From assembly GCF_000146505.1 (NCBI RefSeq), contig NC_017448.1:360001-392000 (forward strand): a stretch of DNA of 32,000 nucleotides, written 5' to 3'. Below are positions 25,662 to 32,000 of the stretch, piece after piece. Made by a program: the position numbers and the translations under genes. Every line of letters starts with the position of its first letter. The first letter of the stretch is position 1. Below the pieces are notes generated by a model. It was given only the letters and a program-made list of their open reading frames with translations. It had not been told where the DNA came from and made no database searches. Source of the DNA: Fibrobacter succinogenes subsp. succinogenes S85. Lineage in GTDB: Bacteria; Fibrobacterota; Fibrobacteria; Fibrobacterales; Fibrobacteraceae.

Positions 25662-27353
25662 GTATCCCTTAAACAGATTTTCCCAGAGGTTGCGTTCTTC
25701 TTCGAACTTCTGGGCAAATAGCTTGCTCACATGCTTATAGACGGCCTTGATATGCTTGGCCAATTCATCTGTAACGTACTTTTCGGCCTTGCCATCATCG
25801 GCGCCAGCCTCGTTCATCAGCTTAGACCACTGGCTTTCCTGATTCTTGCTGCCAAGCGTTGACGAAAGCGAAGAATCTTCGAAGCACTTACTGTGCATAT
25901 AAGATTTCCAGACTGTATCCGGAATTTTTTCAAGGAACTTTTTGAGGAACGGTTCCGCATTCGTTGAATAACCATACGAGTTACCGATCAAGCAAACTAG
26001 CGGAACGTTAATCACACGGCCCACATTCACGCGACTCCAGGATTCGCTTGTCATCTCATGTGCGGCGTTGAACAAATCTTCGGCAGGTTTCGGCTCGTTA
26101 TAGAAATTGTCAATTCCCAGATGGGCATCACGCAAGCGGTTCAGGTAATCCGACAGTACAGAAGTATCATCCGCCGTGGAAATATCCGCAAGCCCAGCAT
26201 TCACCGCCGAGGCAAGCGAAGCCGCCTTCCCGTCCACATGATCCGTCGTTTTGGGCTTCACATTTTCTGCCTCGTTCACGACATCACACTGGTCCATGAC
26301 CGTTGAATCAAACGACGAGGACACGCGGAACTTGTGGTAGAACCTGATGTTCCCTTCTTGCGACTGGAAGTAAAGAGCCTTGTAAAGTTCATTGTCCTTG
26401 AACAAATTTGCAAGAGCCCTGTAAGCACGGTGCCTTGCACCACCCGACGTAAACTTACCGCGGTGGATAGAAACAAAGCAGTGGAACGCACGCACGCAGC
26501 CATTCGTATCAATCACCGTAATGCCATCGTAATTGAGCATCGAGATGAACATCTTGCGGATAAAATTCTGTTCGTACAAATCGCGGTAGGATTGCGAATC
26601 CAGCATGGAGTCCGGCTTGATCTGCATTTCCTTGTAATCGTCAAAGACGATCTTACCGCTATCGAAATTGTCGTCCTTGTTGCCATCCCAGGCCGGGTCG
26701 ACAAAAAGGCAAATGGTACCGTGAACTTCCCTCTTGATTTGCGAGAACAGGCCGGCCCAGAATCCCTTCGGGTACGATTCCAGGTCCTTGTCTTCCAGGT
26801 CATCCGAGAACTCATTTTCGTCCAAGTCAAAGCGAATGAGCAAGTAATCGCTCACGCCTGCCGGGGTATGAGAATTTATACAAATCTTGGACCGGTTGAC
26901 GCATTCAATCAGCAAAAAACCTTTTTCCAGAAGGGCGCGTTCCGTCTCCCCCGCATTTCCCAAGTCCGACTGGAAAACGCCTACCTGGATAGACGGCTCG
27001 GTCTTTTCACGAGCGGGCATCTGCTGGATAATCAAGTCGCAGCCGCTCTTGCAAAAATGGATGACATCCTTCAAACAGGCCTTGACCCGTTCCTTGAACA
27101 AGTTTTCAAGAGCTTCACCCGCAAATTCGTAAATACGGCGATTCCAACCCATCGGCGGGTTGCCATTTCCCATGATGATTCGGAACGTGAAGTGGTCGTT
27201 CTCTTCCTGGTAGTGAGGAACACTCGGCAAAATTTCGATAATAGCGTCAATAACCGCTTCCTTCATCTCCGGAAGCTTGCGTAAAAAGAAATCCTTGATC
27301 TTTTTTCGGTCGAGTCCAATGACACTCGAAGAATTGTCAGTTTTGTCACTCAT
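25659..27353 (-). CDS. Uncharacterised 564-aa protein with a central DisA_N/diadenylate-cyclase (DAC)-like domain.
   Basis: Residues about 195-340 align by eye to the DAC consensus. HGTICLFVD matches GALIVIE, NYDGITVIDTNGCVRAFHCFV matches hDGAviid..g.i.aag, SGGARHRAYRAL matches lGTRHRAAlgi, and ALYFQSQEGNIRFY matches aivVSEetG.is. The N- and C-terminal regions (about 190 and 220 aa) are unrecognised. There is no TM segment. Confidence 0.7.
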   Translation of the reverse strand: MSDKTDNSSSVIGLDRKKIKDFFLRKLPEMKEAVIDAIIEILPSVPHYQEENDHFTFRIIMGNGNPPMGWNRRIYEFAGEALENLFKERVKACLKDVIHFCKSGCDLIIQQMPAREKTEPSIQVGVFQSDLGNAGETERALLEKGFLLIECVNRSKICINSHTPAGVSDYLLIRFDLDENEFSDDLEDKDLESYPKGFWAGLFSQIKREVHGTICLFVDPAWDGNKDDNFDSGKIVFDDYKEMQIKPDSMLDSQSYRDLYEQNFIRKMFISMLNYDGITVIDTNGCVRAFHCFVSIHRGKFTSGGARHRAYRALANLFKDNELYKALYFQSQEGNIRFYHKFRVSSSFDSTVMDQCDVVNEAENVKPKTTDHVDGKAASLASAVNAGLADISTADDTSVLSDYLNRLRDAHLGIDNFYNEPKPAEDLFNAAHEMTSESWSRVNVGRVINVPLVCLIGNSYGYSTNAEPFLKKFLEKIPDTVWKSYMHSKCFEDSSLSSTLGSKNQESQWSKLMNEAGADDGKAEKYVTDELAKHIKAVYKHVSKLFAQKFEEERNLWENLFKGY

Positions 27354-27502
27354 AATCGCCCAAAATAATTCTTACTATTAATATACATTCCTGTTGCATT
27401 TTATGTACGGAACGTTCCCAAATTAATGGTCTAAATTGCGGTATTTTGCCTAGAATCACAAAAAAGACTATCTTTGGACAAGTAACTAGCAGGAGTTGAA
27501 AA

Positions 27503-28102
27503 ATGGCAGGTATTACTTACGAAATTGACGACAAGAACATTGTTGAGCAAATCAAGTCTGACGCCATGAACGTCGCAGCGGAACTCGTCGAGACCGCAAG
27601 GCTCAAGAAAGGCGATATCGTCGTTGTCGGCTGCAGCACCAGCGAAACTTTAGGCAACCAGGTCGGAAGCCACTCCGTCCCGGAAGTCGGCAAGGCCATC
27701 TTCGATGGCCTCCAGAGCATCTTTGGCGCCAAAGGCATCTACATTGCGGCCCAGTGCTGCGAACACCTGAACCGAGCCATCATTATCGAGCACGAAGCCG
27801 TCCCGAATGCAGAAATCGTGAACGTCGTGCCACAGCCCAAAGCAGGCGGCTCCTTCGCTACCGCTTGCTACGCAAGCTTCAAGGCTCCCGTAGCGCTCGA
27901 GCACATCAAGGCAAATGCTGGTATTGACATCGGCGGGACCCTTATCGGCATGCACCTCCGCGAAGTCGCCGTCCCCGTGCGCCTGAAACATAACCACATC
28001 GGCAAGGCCATAATCATCGCCGCCCGCACCCGCCCCAAGTTCATCGGCGGTGAACGAGCCCAATACAACGAAGCTCTTAAAAACGGCTACCCGGAATTTT
28101 AG
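27503..28102 (+). CDS. UPF0340 / TIGR01440 family protein (YwlG-like).
   Basis: LKKGDIVVVGCSTSETLGNQVGS and IYIAAQCCEHLNRAIIIEHEA are typical of this family. An AGGAG Shine-Dalgarno sequence lies 8 nt upstream of the ATG. Confidence 0.85.
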   Translation: MAGITYEIDDKNIVEQIKSDAMNVAAELVETARLKKGDIVVVGCSTSETLGNQVGSHSVPEVGKAIFDGLQSIFGAKGIYIAAQCCEHLNRAIIIEHEAVPNAEIVNVVPQPKAGGSFATACYASFKAPVALEHIKANAGIDIGGTLIGMHLREVAVPVRLKHNHIGKAIIIAARTRPKFIGGERAQYNEALKNGYPEF

Positions 28103-28141
28103 CACATTCCTTGTTGCTTTTTTCATTTTTTTTTCTTACAT

Positions 28142-29785
28142 TTGGCATATATGAGAAAACGAGTTGCTTTACTTTTCGTTGTTTTCGGTGTATTCTTAGC
28201 GATCTGCACCGGTTGTAATGGATTTTCCGAAGAGCCCCCCGCACAAGCCTCTAAAGCCAATTCGCCCAAATACAAAATCGGCGTCGAAGAAAAATCAAGT
28301 ATATCAGAAGGGGTTGCAAGCCAGCTCCCTAAAGCACAAATCAAGCATTATCCCGACTTAATAACCGCCTATTTTGCCCTTCAGGTTGGCGATATCGATA
28401 TTTTGGCTTATGACGAGAACGTCCTCACGCATACATTCAACGACAGCATGAGCGGTCTCACATACATCGAAAACGATATCGACGTTCCAAACGAATTCGT
28501 TATCGGCATGAACAAGCACAGTTCCATTCCTGACATAAAAGGAATCATCAACCGCCTCATCGATAGCTTGAACGCTGCAGGCACACTCACCGAGCTCAAC
28601 GAGCACTGGAACAAGAACTTAAAGACTAATCCACTGATTAGCACCAAGGAAAGCGGCTCTGAACAAATCTTGAGGATCGCCACTTCAGCAGATGTCCCTC
28701 CGTTCTCTTTCATGAGCGGGAACCAGATCGTAGGCCTTGACGTAGACATTGCAAAGCTCCTCGAAGAAAAGCTGAACATCAAGACTTCTATTATCAAGAT
28801 GGACCGCAATAAACTCGTCACGGCCCTCAAGAACAACGATGCAGACCTTATCATTTCGGCATTTACCATCTGCGAATGCCTACGACACGAAATCGATTAT
28901 TCAAAGCCCTACTATATCGGGAAAACCGCATTTGTCATCCGAAATGACTTTGGAAAAGAAGCAACTCTGAGCAAAGTCCCCAAGATGACTTACCTCGAAC
29001 CGAAAAAGCCTGACGAAATCTACAAGCTAGCCGACCTTTCCGGGAAATTTGTCGGTGTCCAGACAGGAACGACACTTGACGAACAGGTGCAACAGCTTAT
29101 CAAGCTGCCACGCATCCAGTATTATGCAAACATTCCCGAAATGACCAAGGCTCTGGAAGAAAGAGAACTGGACGGCATCGCCGTGGACTATTCCGTCGCA
29201 GAGACTATCCTCAAGCACCATTCCGATTTCTCAATTCTGAAAGAACGTCTGAACAAGGATGTATTCGGCATCGCCATGAGCAAGAACAGCCCGCTCAAGT
29301 CAAGCATTGATTCATGCATCAAGGTCCTCCAGAAAAAAGGCGAAATTCAGAAAATCAAGGACAAGTGGTCCAAGAACATGTCCGCCGTCAGAGTCATCAA
29401 GCAGGACTGGGTTGGAACGGACACGCTCGTTGTCGGAACCGAAGCACTCTACGCCCCTTATGAATTCTACCAGTGGGGCGAACTTTCGGGCATCGATATC
29501 GATATCATGTACACCATCGGCAAGATGCTGAACAAGAACATCAAGTTTGCAGACATGAATTTTGACGTGTTGATTCCGTCACTCGTGAACGAGAAGACAG
29601 ACCTCTGTATTGCAGCCATGAGCATCACCGAAGAACGCAGCAGTCTAATCGACTTTTCGATTCCTTACGACAAGAACGAATCCGTAATTGTGGTTCACAC
29701 GCCACAACACGCAATTGAGGTCATCGGAGATTCTACGGGCGCTCTAAGCCATATTTTCCAGAAAATACAAGACTTGTTTGATTAA
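28142..29785 (+). CDS. Lipoprotein with tandem, permuted type-3 periplasmic solute-binding (SBP_bac_3, amino-acid-binding-like) domains.
   Basis: Lipobox VFLAICTGC. The lobe-I-type segments are LRIATSADVPPFSF...GLDVDIAKLL...ADLIISAFTI...IDYSKPYY and LVVGTEALYAPYEF...GIDIDIMYTIG...TDLCIAAMSITEERSSLIDFSIPY. The lobe-II-type segments are KIGVEEKSS...DIDILAYDENV...FVIGMNK...LNEHWNK and GKFVGVQTGTT...LDGIAVDYSV...FGIAMSKNSPL...IKDKW. Confidence 0.85.
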   Translation: MAYMRKRVALLFVVFGVFLAICTGCNGFSEEPPAQASKANSPKYKIGVEEKSSISEGVASQLPKAQIKHYPDLITAYFALQVGDIDILAYDENVLTHTFNDSMSGLTYIENDIDVPNEFVIGMNKHSSIPDIKGIINRLIDSLNAAGTLTELNEHWNKNLKTNPLISTKESGSEQILRIATSADVPPFSFMSGNQIVGLDVDIAKLLEEKLNIKTSIIKMDRNKLVTALKNNDADLIISAFTICECLRHEIDYSKPYYIGKTAFVIRNDFGKEATLSKVPKMTYLEPKKPDEIYKLADLSGKFVGVQTGTTLDEQVQQLIKLPRIQYYANIPEMTKALEERELDGIAVDYSVAETILKHHSDFSILKERLNKDVFGIAMSKNSPLKSSIDSCIKVLQKKGEIQKIKDKWSKNMSAVRVIKQDWVGTDTLVVGTEALYAPYEFYQWGELSGIDIDIMYTIGKMLNKNIKFADMNFDVLIPSLVNEKTDLCIAAMSITEERSSLIDFSIPYDKNESVIVVHTPQHAIEVIGDSTGALSHIFQKIQDLFD

Positions 29786-29870
29786 GTTGGCAGAACTTAG
29801 TCGGCAGAACTTAGAGATCTGAGCATTGTTCTAAGCTCTAAGTTCTAAGAGCGAAGCGAGCTAAGTTCTA
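29786..29870. repeat. Palindromic intergenic repeat element, copy 2.
   Basis: Sequence is gttggcagaacttag tcggcagaacttag agatctgagcattgttctaagctctaagttctaagagcgaagcgagctaagttcta. It has the same orientation as copy 1 and again sits between convergent genes. Confidence 0.8.
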
Positions 29871-30656
29871 AATAGCCTTGTGGTGTCGCATGGCGCGGAT
29901 GTTGCGCGGCAGGACTTCCTTGTGCCACTTGATCCATTCATCGTAATAGATGTAGCGTTTTTCGCGTTGGCGGAATTCTCGCCCATGCACAACGCGGCGC
30001 CCGCCACGTTCCTCGACAGGAATAACGATATGCAGGCACTCGTGATAAACCACGCCTGCAATTGCATATAAAGGACAATTAGCAGCATCGTAGCCACGGC
30101 TAATGCTAATCAAATGGAAGCTCTCGCCCGTCACCGGATCCTTGCGCACCGAATGGAAACTCAAGCCGCCCACGCGGTTACTCCAGGTGATTCGGCAAGT
30201 GAGCGTTCCGTCAAAATACGTGTCGTTTATCGCGGCAAGCACGTCCGTCAAGTTGTGATGAACACCCTGCGGGCGGATCGGCGGCAAACGCCCCTTGCTC
30301 GCCAGCGGAGTTTCACCTTTATCTGTAAAAATCTGGTCTACAGTCTGCCAAAAGCGATTCACCAAGTCCTTGACAATAGCCTTGTTCTTTTGCGTCTTAC
30401 GGCGTACTGCATGTTCAGCCCATTCCGCAGCAAGTTCACGCGCTGCGGCAAATTCCGGCCCCTTCATGTACGCAGGCAGCAACACCTCCGGATGCCCAAA
30501 CAAGAATCCCCCCTTACAGCGGATGCTCTTTTTCATAAGCGGATTGTACTTGAAGTGTACAAGGCCATTGGCCGAGCAATCCGGCGAAGGAACCTTGACT
30601 TCGGGTTCCGTTAGGGGCGCTACAAAGCCGAACAAGTCTAACTGACCGTCGTTCAC
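29868..30656 (-). CDS. SprT-like zinc metallopeptidase-domain protein.
   Basis: INDTYFDGTLTCRITWSNRVGGLSFHS, then VVYHECLHIVIP (HExxH) and HGREFRQRE, matching the SprT-like domain pattern. Confidence 0.8.
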   Translation of the reverse strand: MNDGQLDLFGFVAPLTEPEVKVPSPDCSANGLVHFKYNPLMKKSIRCKGGFLFGHPEVLLPAYMKGPEFAAARELAAEWAEHAVRRKTQKNKAIVKDLVNRFWQTVDQIFTDKGETPLASKGRLPPIRPQGVHHNLTDVLAAINDTYFDGTLTCRITWSNRVGGLSFHSVRKDPVTGESFHLISISRGYDAANCPLYAIAGVVYHECLHIVIPVEERGGRRVVHGREFRQREKRYIYYDEWIKWHKEVLPRNIRAMRHHKAI

Positions 30657-31417
30657 TCGCCCAGCACTCCTTCATAGCCATTCAGCGCCAAGAGACCGCC
30701 AAAAAAGCTTTCCGGCAACTCAAGCGCCGCATAATGTTCCGAGATTCCGTACACGGCATCTTCGACAACATCTGGCATATAAACTATATAACTATCGTTC
30801 TGTTCGGTCTGGAGCATATCAGGCGTGCAATACTTTGGATCCGTTTCGCTAAAGTACATACGGCAAGAAACTGTACGCAACGGATAGACGGTGCAATCCC
30901 CCACCTCGTTTGAAAACGGGCAAGAACGCCACCAGGCAAAGTAATCGTGCAAAGCCCTATCTTCGGCATCGTCTTCGGAAAGCCCCTCTTCCTTGCGAGA
31001 CTCGAACAGCGAATCAAACTTGTCCGAACGCATCTGGCAGGCCTCCATCAACGAGAGGAGGTCGTCCCTCTTGCGAAGTTCACTGTACATGAAAATCAGC
31101 TCGAATGGTTCCACCGACATCGGGTAGTGGTGGCAGCAGTTTCCGCAGGCAGGCCTGCACTGGATGGGCCTCGGCTGTTGTACAAGGACCGCCTTCAGAT
31201 ACTGGTCATAGGCGGCGTGATACGCTTGCGTGAACTTGAGTATCTCCGGCAACTGTTCCCGCAGATTGTCGGGACCAATGGCACATTCCCGCCCCAAGCT
31301 TTCGGCAATGGAGTCTAGGCGATCCCTTTCGACCCTGAGCAGGGAGGAAAGCCGCATTTCAGCAATACGGTAGGCCTTCGTCGGAAAATACTCTTTATAA
31401 GCATTCATTGAGCGCAA
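30653..31417 (-). CDS. YkgJ/UPF0153-family Cys-cluster (CxxxCxxCC) putative Zn/Fe-binding protein.
   Basis: CRPACGNCCHHYP motif plus downstream CPF...GDCTVYPLRTVSCRMY. It overlaps the SprT-like gene by 4 nt (30653..30656). Confidence 0.75.
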   Translation of the reverse strand: MRSMNAYKEYFPTKAYRIAEMRLSSLLRVERDRLDSIAESLGRECAIGPDNLREQLPEILKFTQAYHAAYDQYLKAVLVQQPRPIQCRPACGNCCHHYPMSVEPFELIFMYSELRKRDDLLSLMEACQMRSDKFDSLFESRKEEGLSEDDAEDRALHDYFAWWRSCPFSNEVGDCTVYPLRTVSCRMYFSETDPKYCTPDMLQTEQNDSYIVYMPDVVEDAVYGISEHYAALELPESFFGGLLALNGYEGVLGE

Positions 31418-31540
31418 ATATATTTTTTTACGGGATTACCGAAAAAACTGGCAATAAAAAAAAGCGGATTATTCATTTTTGTAAGAATGAAGTTATTTTA
31501 TTGTACGGAGTAATGAAATAATTTTTTCAGGACCGGCAAT

Positions 31541-32000
31541 ATGAGAAAAATTTCGCAAGGCAATTGGATGTGGCCTATCACAATCGCATTGTCACTCGGC
31601 ATAGCAGGTTGCAACCTGTTCCACCCGACTGGCAGCCGCGACGCCGACAGCAGCGATGCTGCAGCACTGACTCACGACGGATACCTTGAGTATCAAAAGT
31701 CAAACTACGATGTCGCCCGCAATTTTTTCAGCAAGGCCCTGCGTGCGGACTCCGGATATTCTGAAGCATGGGTTGGCCTTTGCAAGACGGTCCTAAAAGC
31801 GCAAGAAGGAATCGACGCCTTTGAGCTTGCCTCCTACGCACAAAATCAGCAAGACGAAAACGGCAAGGTGACCAACGGGTTCCTCGTCATGAGCGACGAA
31901 AAAGCGGACTCCATCTCGCGTGGTATTGATTCAGTCATGTTCTATCTGAACCAGTTTGTCGCCCGCGACACAACCGACAGGACCGACAAGAAAGTTCGAT
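31541..32000 (+). CDS. Partial CDS (N-terminus): lipoprotein with a TPR-like repeat; continues past the right edge.
   Basis: Not in the ORF track, so translated by hand: MRKISQGNWMWPITIALSLGIAGCNLF (lipobox IAGC) ... GYLEYQKSNYDVARNFFSKALRADSGYSEAWVGLCKTVLK (TPR-like). The frame is open to the window end. Confidence 0.7.
   Translation, partial: MRKISQGNWMWPITIALSLGIAGCNLFHPTGSRDADSSDAAALTHDGYLEYQKSNYDVARNFFSKALRADSGYSEAWVGLCKTVLKAQEGIDAFELASYAQNQQDENGKVTNGFLVMSDEKADSISRGIDSVMFYLNQFVARDTTDRTDKKVR

Noticed and set aside
26334-27284. 316-aa plus-strand ORF
   Set aside because: It is antisense to the 564-aa DAC-like gene. The minus-strand frame is longer, has recognisable motifs and ends in the conserved repeat stop.

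Overview
The window looks like a chromosomal segment of a Gram-negative bacterium. Lgt, lipobox lipoproteins, many outer-membrane-style beta-barrel ORFs and Ser-rich secreted proteins tentatively suggest Fibrobacter or another FCB-group organism, but this is not verifiable here. About two thirds is ordinary housekeeping: glyQS, hflX, pgpA, an NSS transporter, fabF, orn, a PBP transpeptidase, lgt, a UPF0340 protein and a solute-binding lipoprotein. The standout is a tightly coupled four-gene minus-strand operon at 3595..10585. It encodes a MotA/ExbB-like channel with a roughly 400-aa coiled-coil tail, a MotB/OmpA-like partner, a 455-aa protein of unknown function, and a 1045-aa SNF2 helicase fused to an Mrr-like nuclease. 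This is the architecture of a Zorya type I (zorABCD) anti-phage system, here with a short ZorA tail, a short and divergent ZorC, and a ZorD-Mrr fusion. It sits in a visibly AT-richer stretch flanked on both sides by members of one outer-membrane paralog family. Secondary items are an orphan 564-aa protein with a diadenylate-cyclase (DisA_N)-like core that keeps the DG and RHR motifs, a palindromic intergenic element present twice with a 33-nt identical core that supplies the stop codon of two genes, 7/14-nt periodic TAG-rich microrepeats in several spacers, and a permuted tandem solute-binding protein. No tRNA, rRNA, CRISPR array, transposase or integrase was seen. All homology calls come from motif recognition by eye, and no searches or composition statistics were run.
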